DNA of 64,000 nucleotides from Octopus vulgaris. Its lineage: Eukaryota. Shown here piece after piece: positions 37,977 to 51,927 of this stretch. How positions within the stretch are numbered: the first letter of the stretch is position 1; the number at the start of each line of letters is the position of its first letter. The translations under genes and the position numbers were made by a program. Location: the NCBI GenBank assembly GCA_951406725.2, contig OX597817.1, positions 175,894,001-175,958,000 of the forward strand. The letters run 5' to 3'. The notes under the pieces are model-generated. The model did not search any database. It saw nothing but the letters and a program-made list of their open reading frames with translations, and was not told the origin of the DNA.

Positions 37977-38299
37977 TGAATATATACATATACATATATA
38001 TATATATGGATGGACATATGTATGCCTGTATTTCTCTTTGTCGTAGCGTATATCACTGCTCATCTCCTCATCTCCCCACAACACCAAATAACAATGATAT
38101 TGGTTTCTTCTTTCTCTTCCTTTTCTTTCCAATCACAGCTGAGAGACATAAGATTGTAAATTGCTGTTTGTTTAATATTCTTTGGGTTAATTAATTCAAG
38201 TGCTTTGACAGTTGAGCTAAATAAGCAATTTACCTCGTAATTACTTTGCCAAGTTTCATAGTCTTTCACTCCACCTCTCTGTCTGCCTGTGTGTCTGTC

Positions 38300-38354
<55 letters not shown>

Positions 38355-38698
38355 CTTCTGGTCGAAGTGCATTTATCATCCGTATTTGATTTACAGTGTT
38401 TCGTCGTGTTTAAAGTCAAATTTCTTTACATGTTGCTAAAGTACAAATTTACACTTTAAAAGTTTAAGTTTGCCCAAAACAAACGAATGTACAAACTGTT
38501 TAATCGCACAGACCGGCAGCGCAAACAAATTAAACGACGCGAATCAACTCGAACCAAGTAGGGAACTCACTTCTCTTTCTTTCAGTGGACTCGCTCGACC
38601 TGCTAAAATTTAACCGCAACCTGTCCTACACACCCATTTCATCAAATCAAAAGGTCTCGTTTTAAATAATTAAGAAGATATATTTGACAATTTAATTA

Positions 38699-38758
<60 letters not shown>

Positions 38759-40065
38759 CGAAATAATCTAATGAAAGTAACAAAACGTAGAACTTGATAA
38801 CTCATAAAATCTACTAAAATACATTAATTAAAAATATATTAATTAAAAACGTAATATATTTCGCTTGAAGCCAAATATAATACGGTAAAGTTAGTTACGC
38901 ATGCTAGATTCTTCGCCGAAAAAGCACGTGGTGGCAAGTCTTTAATTTATCTCCAGCCAAATGTAAGAAGGAAAAAGAATTATTTTCTTTTCTCTTGTGA
39001 AAGAAAACTTCTTCGTACAAGCACGAGGGTTTGGACTGTACCTTTTACGATAAGTATCGCTTCCAGTTGTTTGTTTATTAATCTTTTATTTTCCTTTAAT
39101 ATAAGCTAACATCTCAGTTACGATTTACGACGCCATCTTTGTTTACATTCTGAGAATAACTTTCTTTCGATTTCTGTTTCGCTTTCAATCTACCTTTAAT
39201 TTCATTTCTATAAAACCAACATTTAAAAATTCTTTTCATATGTTTATTTTCCTGTAATTAGTTTAGAATTAAATAGTGCCTTCATTTCCTCACCCTCTTC
39301 TACCTCCTCTCTCCTCCCTTACATATATTCCCCCACTTCCAGCTCCTTTCTCCCTTCCTTTATCTCTCTTTACGCTTACCCTCTCCCTCTCTCTTGTATA
39401 TCTTACTCTTTTTCTCATCTCTCCTCCTCCCTTTCATATCCTTCTCTTCTCTCATTTCTCTTTCCTTTCCATCTCACATCTACCTCTCCTCTCGTCACCT
39501 CACCCTCTCTCTCATATACATCTCATTCGCCCATTCTTCTCACTCCGTCTCTCACATCCTTCACCCTGTCTCTCCTTCACTCTGTCTCTCTTTCTCTTGC
39601 TATCCTCTCCCTCCCTCTGTTTTCTCTTTCTCTTCCCCTCCTCTCCTTCACTCTGCCTCGCTTGCTCTTCCCCTCTTCTCCTTAACTCCTTCTATTCCCC
39701 TCCTCTCCCCTCCCCTACCTTCCTCTATCTCTTTAACACAACACATCCCCTTGCTTTCCTCCTATCACCCTCTCGATTTCTTTCATAGCACCTCTCTCTC
39801 TTTCCTTCCTATCTCCCTCTTTCTTTCCCTACTTCCCCCCTCTGTGTTTCTCCGTCTCTACCTCTCTCTATACCTCATTACCTCTGTAGCCTCTACTCCC
39901 CCTCTGGACCTCAAAACGAAGTTGGCACCAAAGTGGGAAAAGAAAGAGTTAAATCTTCTGCTGAGAGCATAGACGATTGCTAGTGGCGATCCGCCGAACA
40001 ACATCATCACTGCCGCGCTAAAGAACAATGGATTTCATAGAACCATTGACTAAATAGAACGAAAA

Positions 40066-40648
40066 TCGTGGCTGTGTGGTAAGTGGCTTGCTTACCAACC
40101 ACATGGTTCCAGGTTCAGTCCCACTTTGGGCCACTTTGGGCAAACGTCTTCTACTATAGCCTTAGGTTGTCCAAAGCCTTTTGAGTGGATTTTGTACACG
40201 GGAACTGAAAGAAGCCTGTCTGTGTTCAAACTCTCCATTTTCCTTATATTATATTATTAAAATTCTGTTCTCCTATATCGAATGGATGAAAACATCTATA
40301 ACGACAACTGGAACTTCATAAGTGTTAACACTAATACTAACACAGATTAATGAAATCCAAAGTATACTAATCGATATGGAGCTAAACCGGTGTACGCTTG
40401 GATAAAATACATCTCTATGAAAGAGCAACCTCTTTCCATTCGAAACTTACGTGTGTGTTTGTGTGTGTGTGGAGTTGTCAAGCAACAAGTGTTGGTGTGT
40501 TTATTTCCCCGTTATCTAGCAGTTCGCCATAAGATTCCGATAGAGTAAGTACTAGGCTTAAAGAAAAAATCCTGGGGTCGACTTGTTCAACTGAAAACCC
40601 TTCAAAACGAAGCTCCAGCATGGCTGCAGTCAGATGACTGAAACAAGT
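40066..40648 (+). mobile_element. SINE family A split by an insert of about 230 bp
   Basis: Head 40066-40220, tail 40450-40648. Confidence 0.75.
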
Positions 40649-42209
40649 ATATATATATATATATATATATAGATGGAATGTTTCCCGGTTGGAAATTTCT
40701 TTGAACGCATGTCTGTTAAATTAGGGTCTAATTCGGAGTTAAAGAAGAAGAAGAATAACAACAACAACAACAACAACAACAGCAGCAGCAACAACAACAA
40801 CGACGACGACAGGAACAACAACGATGAGAATAATAATAATAGATGCAACAAATACAACGAATGTGCTTGAGTGTATTCTTTTTATTTTTTTAGAGCAAGT
40901 CTCTCCTCTTTTGCCTGTTCATTACCTCGTACCAATTTTATTGAAATAAGAAGACATATGAACTAAGTTGCATCTGAGTAAAACAAGAAATTAAAACCTG
41001 AAACACTTTTTTGTAATATCTAGGATACACGGAAAGTGATGATGATCTGCGTCTGCAACAGTTGATTTATAAAAATTTGTAGATGATTATAAGTCACATA
41101 GAGGTCTTCGCTGTCATGAGTAAAAAATCTAACGTTTCGGATAATTTGTTTTAAGGTAACTGTTATATTCCGTCATAGAGCGCCGGAAAAAGTGTTGTAA
41201 TGAAATTCTTAGACCAGGATTCGAGATTTAATCCATATTTTCTTATAAGTTCTCTACCTATTGTTTTCGCCTGTTATGAGAGTAAACTGACGTCTTAGCA
41301 TTTTTCGAGTCATACATGGATCAAAACTGATACAGGGAAAAATCTTTTGCATTTTACATAGCCTGAATCAATTCTGGTTAGGAAGAATATAAATACGCCC
41401 AAAAATCAGTTTTATCTTTCTTTGGTTCCTCTGCTGCTGGTCAGAGAACATCTCTCTAACTTCGAGTATTGCCTACTATCGTGTGATGACACATTTGTTA
41501 CACTTTCTACTTGCCTAAACTCTATAACCCTTTCTATCTCTAGTAGTCACACACAACTGAATTTACTATCTATACAACGACCTATAGAATAACAAATAAC
41601 CTGAGTGCAAATATAACTATAAGAAGTTGTCTTTTACATAGTAACGACTATAGAAACGATAAAAATATTAATAAAGGTCCATCTCAACAACCAATTAATA
41701 TTTTTCCTCTCTCATTCATTCGATGCATATTATCTTTACATATGATTGTTTTAATTGGTGATCTCCGCTGTAAATAAATCGTTAAACTTGAACATTATAC
41801 ATTGAGGTTACAAATTGCTGACCTTCCACTCAAGAAGTGCCTGCCTTCTCTATGGAATGCTGTATGGAACGTTACACATAATCGTTACAAATTGGTGACT
41901 CTAAAGTTCATCGATCGTTTGCAGTATTTGCTCCCAATTCTTTGCATTCTTAGTTCAAATATCACCGAGGTCAACTTTGCCTTTCATCCTTTTCACGGCT
42001 GACAAAATAATGTGCAAGTGCAGCACTGGGATCGGAGTTGTGTGTTTGTGTGTGTGTGTGTGTGAAAGAGAGAGAGAGAAAGAGAGAGAGAGACAGAGAG
42101 AGAAAACAGAGACAGAAAGACAGAGAGAAAAGAGAAAGAGAGAAACATACATATAATATATATATATATATATATTCATACATGCATACATAGGTACTTG
42201 TGCATATAC

Positions 42210-42247
<38 letters not shown>

Positions 42248-42378
42248 TTTTATACTTTTCATCTCTAAGGTTGTGACTACGTTGAAGCACCGCCATATAT
42301 ATATATGTGTGTGTGTGTGTGTATGTAGGTATATGCGTATGTATGTATGTATGTATGAATAAATTTATATGCTTGAAT

Positions 42379-42628
42379 ATCGGGTTGGTCAAAAGGTTCG
42401 TTCGCTTTCTTCCTTTGCGCATATGTACTCGTTGGCTACATGATTCACGTAGTTCTACGCGGACTTGCGACAAGACAGGTTTTTATTTTGTGAGCTTGAG
42501 TTCACCCTGAAAATGGAGAGCCAAAACGAACGTTATCGTCAAGTCATGCCTTTTTTTGTTTTCACAAAGGCAAAAATGCACTTGTCTTATTTTCCTCTAA
42601 AAAAGCGAACGAACTCTTTGAGCAATTA

Positions 42629-42630
<2 letters not shown>
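42379..42630 (+). mobile_element. Mariner-derived MITE
   Basis: TIRs GGGTTGGTCAAAAGGTTCGTTCGCTTT / AAAGCGAACGAACTCTTTGAGCAATT; internal remnant MESQNERYRQVM of a mariner N-terminus. Confidence 0.7.
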
Positions 42631-42710
<80 letters not shown>

Positions 42711-42712
<2 letters not shown>

Positions 42713-43222
42713 TTATTCGGTTTTAATTCAAGATTTCTTGCCAGTAGAAAAGAGCCGGTTTCTAACTTAAATCCAAGGCTCTTTCATTGGAATTTCAACA
42801 TCATCAACAGGATATTTTTGTGTGTGGGTGCGTACGTAGTATGTATGTATGTATGTATGTATGTATGTATGTATGTATGTATGTATGTATGTATGTATGT
42901 ATGTATGTATTGCAAATTTGTATGTTTTGTTCTATGTATATATTCTCATGCATATAGTTATATATAAAGACATGCACATATATATTTAAATGATAAACTT
43001 CTGGGAAGTTTTACAGATTCTTACAGTTCCACTGATGGATTGGATCTGTAGTCTTCGAATTATCTTTTTCCTTCCTAGTTTTGAGAAACCTAATTTCTTA
43101 AGATTGGTATTTAGTCAGTGTGTTATATATCGCAGGGCTCCAATAACTACAGGCATGAACCTGAACTTGTAATCTGCATAGTACAACTTCAGATTTTTCA
43201 ATAGTTCAGCGTAGGTATCCTT
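42711..43222 (-). mobile_element. 5'-truncated 3' end of an RLE-type (R4/Dong-like) LINE
   Basis: Minus strand DTYAELLKNLKLYYADYKFRFMPVVIGAL..RRLQIQSISGTVRICK..II* followed by the 3' UTR family seen at 28809. Confidence 0.75.
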
Positions 43223-43451
43223 CCTGCAGCATTTGATTTCAACACAAAAAACACGAGCAACGCCGGGTCCAACAGCTAGTATATATATATATAGTTAATC
43301 CAAACAAGAAAACACAGAAAAAAACACAGCAACGCGAGGACGTGGAACAATTAAAGTATTATTTGACGCTCAGGAAAGAAGGGAAGGAGGGTTTATATAT
43401 ATATATACATATATAATGTATGTGTGTGTGTATGCTTCATGTATGTATGTT

Positions 43452-43500
<49 letters not shown>

Positions 43501-43755
43501 TAGTGGTAAGTGTTAACGTCCGCTGGGCAGCTAATTTCCACAACAGTACATAGCTTCTCTTCTCTATCCCAAATCCTTACATCAGATCTTTTGTGTTAAT
43601 ATTTTATTAAGGTTTTCACCGGGACATTCCTCCAGTACTCCTTTTTATTATGAGTGGCTATGGCTTCTGCCTTACTCTGGGTTCTTATTTCTTTGTCCTC
43701 GGAGTTATCCAGAGAAATTAGGTTTTCCCAAAATTCTAATGGCGTCAACAATTTA

Positions 43756-44080
43756 TATACATAAATATGTAATGGTGTCTGTCTGCGTGTGTGTGTTTGG
43801 GGTTACGCTAACTCCTCCTCACGATTTTTGGCACATAGGTAGATCACATGCCCTGAAGTTCAAATAAGGCCGGAATTTTTCAAAAACTTGATACTGCTCA
43901 GTTGGCATCGATTTTTGTAAGCTTAATCGGGCGTTTCAATGGAAATTCCCATAACAATGTATTCTTCCTGCAGCACTTGCATTCTTTCACGTGTAAAATT
44001 TCAACAAAATCGATAGAATGGTCAGAGGTGGGCTTAACTTCAACACGGAAAACACGTGCAACGCCGGGTCCAACAGCTAG
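43756..44080 (+). mobile_element. Non-autonomous Helitron-like element (second 3' end at 43222-43279; a 5'-like end on the minus strand near 52160-52302)
   Basis: 3' end CACG(T/A)GCAACGCCGGGTCCAACAGCTAG ending in CTAG in both copies; 5' TATACATAAA..TGTCTGTCTG. Confidence 0.6.
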
Positions 44081-44098
44081 AATATATATATATATATA

Positions 44099-44415
44099 TG
44101 TCTTCTACTATAGTCACGAGTCAACCAAAGCCTTGTGAGTGGATTTGGTAGACGGAAACTAAAAGAAGCCCGTCGTATATGTGTATAGATGTAAGAATGT
44201 ATGTATTTGTGTGTCTGTGTTTGTCCTCCCACTATTGCTTGATAACCGATGCTGGTGTGTTTACGTTCCCATAGCCTAGCGGTTCTGCAAATGAGACCGA
44301 TAGAATAAGTATTAGGCTTACAAAGAATAAATCCTGGGTCGATTTGTTCGACTAATAGGCGGTGCTACAGCATGGCCGCAGTCAAATGATTGAAACAAGT
44401 AAAAGAATAAAAGAA
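44099..44415 (+). mobile_element. 5'-truncated SINE family A
   Basis: Homology to 23880-24330. Confidence 0.85.
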
Positions 44416-44853
44416 TACACACACACACACACATATACTGTATATATATATATAACCTTTAACGACAGTGTCGAAGCATAATCGTTGTTCATTGATTGAA
44501 ACCAGTGAAAAAGTAGGACTTATAAAATGTAGCCACATTCCTGCATATATTTTCCACAGTAACTGAAAGTAAATGAATAACGGAAGCATTTTCTCTGATC
44601 AAAATCTGCATTTCTTCCCCATTCATTAAATAAAAATATATTTCAAGATGGTATTTGAGATCAAATCAAATCTATTTTAGATTAGTAAGCATTATCATTC
44701 GCATAGTTTCTCTCTAATCGTTGACATTCAAATTTTATTTATCAGATTTTTTCTTCTTATTTTACAGTTCTATAAAAATGAATAACTACAAAATATAATT
44801 GCTTTCTGGCTTTATCCAAGATTGCCGGAGAACATTGAAAACTGAATTATTAC

Positions 44854-44920
<67 letters not shown>

Positions 44921-45924
44921 TCCCCCTTTCAAAATGCCTCGTTACTAAAACCATCGACATCACAATGTTAGTCTACTTCTAAGTTAAGCAATCATTTTAA
45001 TGGTTTCTAATACATGAATTATTTACTTAAATTCAATGCAAAAGTAAATGGAACTCCGTCGGTGTCCGCGATGACTATTCAATTGTTCAATCAGCAGATT
45101 CGCCTGCACATTTTATTAGCGTGCAAGTGGCTGGGTATTTCACAGATGTGATCTGTTAACGTAATAATACTCAACTAAAATCAATGCCACACCGTCTGAC
45201 AAGGCTGTACCTATGATTACAGATAATATCAATCTGCCGGACTTCTGTACCATTTCTGTTTAGTCAGATTCACTCACAAGGTTCAAGTCGACTGGAGACC
45301 GTGAGGCAATGCGTTTCCCCAAGATACCGCGCTGTGGGATCGGACCAAGCCCCGCATGACTGTGAGGCAAACAGGTTAACCATACGGTCATGCAACAGAC
45401 GGTCAGTCAATCTAGTTATAGTATATGCAATTAATATAATCTTTCTTGTTATATATTTAAAATATTGATTTCTAACGTAACAGCACAACCAGATATTGTG
45501 GATGTTACTGTTATTGGTGGTGGTGATGTTTTTGCCGATTAGGCTGTAGTCAATACTAATAGAGCAAACCTGAGATCAAAGGACCTTCCAATTGCGACTA
45601 TTCCCGACTTTTTATGTCAATTTAGAAGTTGATTAGGTAACGTTCTCTGTGCTTATTTAAGACATAAGAGTGTGATTCGTGGGAGAGTTAGCTGCTATTT
45701 CTAGAACGTCGTGTGACCGTTCTGAAGCTATCTTGTTGACTCACGCTCAGAAATTTCATGAGAAAATACGTATGTTTTAATTGGACCTTAAACAACGGCA
45801 ATCCGAAATTCTGGATGTCAGGCCTTAGGTCGAAGAACCTTCCACACACGCGCGCGCGCACACACACATAGACACACGCACGCACACACACACATATATA
45901 TATATATCAATAGATACAATACAT

Positions 45925-45970
<46 letters not shown>

Positions 45971-46090
45971 TCTTTTAGTACTTATTTCCATCGGTCTCTT
46001 TTACTGAACCGCTAAGTTACATGGACGTAAACATACCAGCATCGGTTGTCAAGCGACGTTGGTGGGGGACAAACATACACACACACATAC

Positions 46091-46156
<66 letters not shown>

Positions 46157-46239
46157 ATAAAAAATTATATGTGTGTGTGTATGTATGTATGTATGTATGT
46201 GTGTATGTATGTATGTATGTTTGTATATGAATGTGTGTC

Positions 46240-46710
46240 TGCATAAGCACAGATTAAACGATAATCTGAAACGCCTGAATATTAGGAAAGAAAACTTTAA
46301 GAATCTTGCTAGAAACCGTGCGCACTGGAGGAGAGAGTGCTTTTTCCAGCTTCAAGATTTCGAAACACAAGGGGTACTGCATCAAGAGCAGATAAGATGA
46401 AAGCAAGAAAAAAAGAACAAAAACCAACAGAACAACAGTCTTCCTACAAACCACCATTGTCCACATTGTATATTTCTCAGCTAGATCATGTGCTGGATTA
46501 CTAAGTCATGCTCATACTCATATCCGTATTGCTTTTAGTGGCCTGAGGATTCACCTGATGAGTCACCAGGTGAAGTGAAGGAATTGTAAGCATTAGTTAA
46601 TGGTAGTAATAGCAGAGTGAGTGTGTTTTATGATTGTCTATTTGGTTGGGGTTTTTTTTTGTGCTCTCACTGAACACTCATACGACGTCTTCGATGGGAG
46701 AGACCGTCAT
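46240..46710 (+). pseudogene. 3' end of an RTE-clade LINE, interrupted at about 46525-46670
   Basis: HRLNDNLKRLNI..NLARNRAHWR and C2H2 motif CPHC..RSCAGLLSHAHTH; terminal CGTCTTCGATGGGAGAGACCGTCAT. Confidence 0.65.
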
Positions 46711-47089
46711 ACGTAAATGTACACGCACACACACATACACACACGCACACACACACATGAAAAAACTGTAGAGTGATCTGGTTCATAAATTATTTTATAG
46801 TCATACGTACTTCAATTAAGAATTAGAAAACTTACCTGGCTCGGCTTGCCTACTCTGGCCATAGTATTCACTGAGATGGCGTAATTAAATAAGTTATGAA
46901 TCAACTCGTTAGTTTTATTTTATGTTTGTTTCTCTTTATGAACTCTGGAATCTTTCTAACTATGAATAGTAGTGAAAAGACTATAATACATGAGTTCTCT
47001 TCGCCGTTTTCTCTTTCGATGTATAAGGATGCACATGGCTTTTTAAATATTAAAATAGTTATATGCTATTTAATTTAAATCGCACTATA

Positions 47090-47790
47090 GAATCCCTCAG
47101 CGGAATGTGAATTTGGAATCTAAATAGCCGGAACAGATTCTGCAGGCATTTTTATCCCATCGCTCTAACGATTCTTCCATTGCCCACCGCCCTATATTAT
47201 TGTTTGTAGGACAGTTACAAGGCCCTATGTAGTGAGCTGGAAGAGTCATTAGTATGCCAGACAAAATATTTGGCAGGATTTCGTTCGTCTTTACGTTCTG
47301 AGTTCAAAATACCGACTTTGCTTTTCATCCTTTCGGGTCGATAAAATAAGTACCAGTTGAACGGTAGGGTGGATGTAATCGACCTACCATCTCTCCGGAA
47401 ATTACTGGTCTTGTGCAAAAATTTGAAATCAATAAAGGTACAAGCCCTGAAATTTGGAGGTAGGGGTTAGTTGATACGAAATACACCAGTACTTGATTGG
47501 TTCATTATTTTCTCGATTCCGAAAGGATGAAAGGCATCGTTTGACATCAGCGGGAATTTGAACTTATAATGCAATAATACGGAACAAATGCCGATCCTCC
47601 AGCGATTGTGAAAATTTACTGCCATCGATTGGCTCTATCGCAGGCAAGATGACTGAAATTTGAAGGAAGGAGTTGGGGATATAACGTTGACGCTAGTTTC
47701 TGACTGGTAACTAATTTTATAGATCACTGAAGGATGAAAGGTGAAGTTGATCTCCTCGGTGGAATTTGAACTGGGAACGAAGAGGCGGTA
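47090..47790. mobile_element. Cluster of four degenerate family B SINE fragments in mixed orientation
   Basis: Core CTTTTCATCCTTTCGGGTCGATAAA on + (47320-47345) and GAAAGGATGAAAGG cores on - (47521, 47728). Confidence 0.7.
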
Positions 47791-47819
47791 CAAATTCCTC
47801 AAACTAATTCTACTAATGT

Positions 47820-48070
47820 GGAGGCGTGTGGCTTAGTGGTTAGGGTGTCAGCATCATAATCGTAAGATTGTGGTTTCGATTCCTGGACCGGGCGACACGT
47901 TGTGTTCTTGAGCAAAACACTTCATTTCACATTACTCCAGTTCACTCAGCTGGCAAACAATTAGTAACGCTGCGATGGACTGGGGTCCCGTCCAGCTGGG
48001 GAACACATACGCCATTGAAAACGGGAAACTGGGCCCATGAGCCTGGCTAGGCTTTAAAAGGGCGCATTTA
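47820..48070 (+). mobile_element. SINE family C (tail type 2)
   Basis: Homologous to 9550-9795. Confidence 0.85.
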
Positions 48071-49472
48071 TTTTTATTTTAATTCTACTAATAGCTTTAA
48101 TACAGAAACAGGCCACAAGATTGCACATAAGTCTAACATGACAAAAATAACAGAACACAAATTGTGTGTGTGTATAAACACACACACACAAATATAAACA
48201 TGTGAGTATATGCACACCACACGCACACACACGCACACACACACATACACACACACACAAATATAAACATGTGTGTATATGCACACCACACGCACACACA
48301 CGCACACACACACATACACACACACACACACATATATCAGTAATGCAAAATGACTGTGTTGTACACAAGCCAACTAATAGTCTAAGAAAGTATTTACTGA
48401 CATACTTGTTGAATATAAAATGTCCCAATGATCTCATCAGTAACCGCAGCACCTCACGTGATATACGACAACTGATGTAAGGTCGTTGATATAATCCCTC
48501 TCCGAACAGATACATGTAGGGCTCATACAAAAACGATCGTAGAATTCAAACGGCAACCTGTCGATAACAGAACCCGAAATAAATTAATAAACAGATAAAT
48601 AAATAAATAGCTGAATAAAAATGAAAGAGAAAAATAAAAATAAATGATGTTATTTCCTCCGTTAAGATTTATAGTATGACATTTATGCACCATTTGTTGC
48701 TGTGTGCTTTTAAAGCTATAAATGTCAGTCACAGTTTTGTTTACATGACGATTTTATTGCCTGTCTGAGATCGCTAGCCTGCATACCGAAATCTATATCG
48801 AGCCAGTATTGCTCCCGATGGTACTGCGTAGCCAGGGATTTATACCTGGTTTAGAAGTGCTAGCAGAAGTAAAACTGTTCTATGAAAGTTTGGCAGTACT
48901 ACAGAAGATGTCCACGGGCAATGATGTGCTATGGAAATTTGGCAATGCCAAAGAAGTCAACCATAATACTTGAGTTGAAAGTTCTCCGGCATAGAGAGTT
49001 CAGCTGATCTTCGTCGACGACTGAAATTTCCCCGGAGATTGTCGTCGATCTTACCTACTTCTATTAACGGTGTTGCTGTTATTGTTTCTGAGATCCCATT
49101 TATTCGTACAATAAAAGCCCATGCAAAAGTGTGACAAAATTGTGATTATATTCAAAGTTACGTATAAAAAACAAACGAGGGAAAAATGTAAAGGCGTTAT
49201 ACAATATATTGAAGCTTTAAAGAATTTCTCTTTTATTAAATTCCGGGCGGTTTTCTACTAGCCCCTTGATAATATTTTCATATTTGATTCCCAGTCATAA
49301 TCTCTCTCTTTTAAACAAACATCACGGTAGTCCAACAACAGAGGGAGAGGCAATTTTTCAAGCTTTACCTTCCTCTCAAAGCAACATAGAGATTACTATT
49401 CAGCAGCCCATTTGTAAGCTTTGCAGTTTGTGTGTGAGAAAGAGGGGGAAGGGAGAGGGAGAGAGAGAGGAT

Positions 49473-49508
<36 letters not shown>

Positions 49509-50140
49509 ACATTTCAAACAATGAATGAAATAATCATGAAATGCAAAAATCGTATAAATAAAATGGCATTATTACAGATGTATACGCCTCCGACTTCTTG
49601 CTTCATAACATCCAGAAAAATGGATACTTTTTAACAAAATTTTCTACAAACATCACTTAGATGTTGCGGCTTCAGAGTATGTAGGGATTTATGGGAAGGA
49701 ATTTTTCCGGGGGTGGGGTGGGGAAGAGGAGTTTTGAAACATTCACACGATCTGACTTTTTTCCCGCATAACTTTCAGGAAAATGGGTATCTTTTGATGA
49801 AAATTTATACAAATCCCTTTCAAACGGCGTAGATTACGATTTTAAAGAAATTTATGGGGAAAACTTTTTTGGGGATTTTCCCCATTTTTTTTTAAACCAC
49901 AGCCTTCGAAACTATTTTCGAACCACTCCGGCCCATTTTGGCCATCTTTTTTTTTTATTGCACTTCAAAACCATGGGAAGAGCATTTTCGATGGAAAGAA
50001 AAATTGTTAATATTTTCAGAAAGAAAAGTGAGTGATTTAAGGGCGATTTGGCTGTTGTTTTTCGCACATCCAAAGACAACCCTCCTCGTTTCGTTATTAC
50101 TCTCGCATGTACTCATGTTTTTCAGTATTTTTTCCCTATA

Positions 50141-50558
50141 GGGCGGTGAGCTGGCAGAATCGTTAGCACGCCGGGCGCAATACTTAGCGATATTTCGTCT
50201 GCCGTTACGTTGTGAGTTCAAATTCCGCCGAGGTCGACTTTGCCTTTCATCCTTTCAGGGTCGATAAATTAAGTACCAGTTACGCACTGGGGTCGATGTA
50301 ATCGACTTAATACCTATGTCTGTCCTTGTTTGTCCCCTCTGTGTTTAGCCCCTTGTGGGTAATAAAGAAATAGATATTTCGTCTGCCGTTACGTTCTGAG
50401 TTCAAATTCTGCCGAGATCAACTTTGCCTTTTATCCTTTCGGTGTCAATTAAATTAACTATTAGTCACGCACTGGCGTCGATGTAATCGACTTAATCTGT
50501 TTGTCTGTCCTTGTTTGTCCCCTCTATGTTTAGCCCCCTGTGGTCAATAAAGAAATAA
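50141..50558 (+). mobile_element. Dimeric SINE family B
   Basis: Full monomer 50141-50370, second unit from TATTTCGTCTG; imperfect TSD TATTTTTTCCCTATA / TAGTTTTCCCCCATA. Confidence 0.88.
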
Positions 50559-50854
50559 ATAGTTTTCCCCCATAAATACAGTTATATACTATAAAAAAGA
50601 AAATTTGAGAAATTATGAATTTTTGACAACACCACTCCCTGCTCGCGATTGTTTCTGTTTAGTAATTAAAATATTGGAGAACTTGAGAAGGTCATTACTG
50701 GCATTCATCCACAGTGATTTTAAAAAATTACAGTGACTTGATCTGAGATCGTGTGATGAAACAAAAATAATTGCAATTTGTAAACCATCCAAGATCTCAG
50801 AAAAACCGTTACTTTCACTTCAACATTAAAATTTCGTTTGTGGCAAAATATTTA

Positions 50855-50952
50855 CGTCGCTTTGAAACTGCGACCTGTTCACTGACAAAACTTCACAAAA
50901 GTGATGCTGCACGAAGTTTTGTCAGTGAACAGGTCGCAGTTTCAAAGCGACG
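50855..50952. repeat. Perfect 40-bp inverted repeat (18-nt spacer) containing a variant hammerhead-like core
   Basis: 50855-50894 is the exact reverse complement of 50913-50952. Confidence 0.9.
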
Positions 50953-51542
50953 GTAGGGGTAAAAAATTTAGATTACGATTCATTTTGTTGTTTTTCTTCC
51001 ACCAGTGGACCATGTATGTGTTACTTTGGCATCATCATTCCATTCTCAGTTATTGCTGCCAAGACTGCCAGATCACGTGATTTCGGCTTTACTTGCCCTT
51101 ATCAATGGCAGAACCCCTGGCTAGAGACAACAGCGATTCCTCCGTCAGTGATATATATATATAGAATCTCAGTGATTATTCCTGCAGTGGTGTTGCAAAT
51201 AAACATTGAGCTTATTAAAGAATAATCAATGCGACAGACGTGGTATTAATACTAATAGGTAATATTTATACTTACTTACAGTGAAGGCGCTTGGCGTTGT
51301 GGTTAGTGTATTCGGCCAAAAAGTGTAAGGTGATGAGTTTGATACCCGGCAGCGCGTTGTTTCCTCGAGCAAGACCTTTTATTTCAAGTTGCTCTTCATT
51401 TCACGTCCACTCAGCTGGCAAAAATAATTTGTACGAAACGCATTACAGGAATCGAACAAACGTTCTTACGATCCATAAGCCAAATCAATCCCCATAGCAC
51501 TAAGCCATGCCGTCTTCGCCTATTCACTATTCGAGCAAAACG

Positions 51543-51927
51543 TGGAGACGCAATGGCCCAGTGGTTAGGGCAGCGGACTCGCGGTCGGATTGCGGTTTCG
51601 ATTCCCAGACCGGGCATTGTGAGTGTTTATTGAGCGAAAACACCTAAAGCTCCACGAGGCTCCGGCAGGGGGTGGTGGTGAACCCTGCTGTACTCTTTCA
51701 CCACAACTTTCTCTCATTCTTTCTTCCTGTTTCTCTTGTACCTGTATTTCAAAGGGCCAGCCTTGTCACACTCTGTGTCACGCTGAATCTCCTCGAGAAC
51801 TACGTTAAGGGTACACGTGTCTGTGGAGTGCTCAGCCACTTGCACGTTAATATCACGAGCAAGCTGTTCCGTTGATCGTATCAGCTGGGACCCTCATCGT
51901 CGAAACCGACGGAGTGCTCCTATTATA
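51543..51927 (+). mobile_element. SINE family C (tail type 3) with 15-bp TSD
   Basis: TSD TATTCGAGCAAAACG at 51528-51542 and 51928-51942; homologous to 57478-57845(-). Confidence 0.9.

Noticed and set aside
48165-48335. 70-bp tandem duplication
   Set aside because: Ordinary slippage duplication within CA-rich microsatellite.
51543-51615. tRNA-like sequences (also 9550, 23792, 31380-31453, 47820, 50141, 53114)
   Set aside because: They run directly into SINE bodies, some with TSDs, and lack a proper acceptor stem; SINE heads, not tRNA genes.
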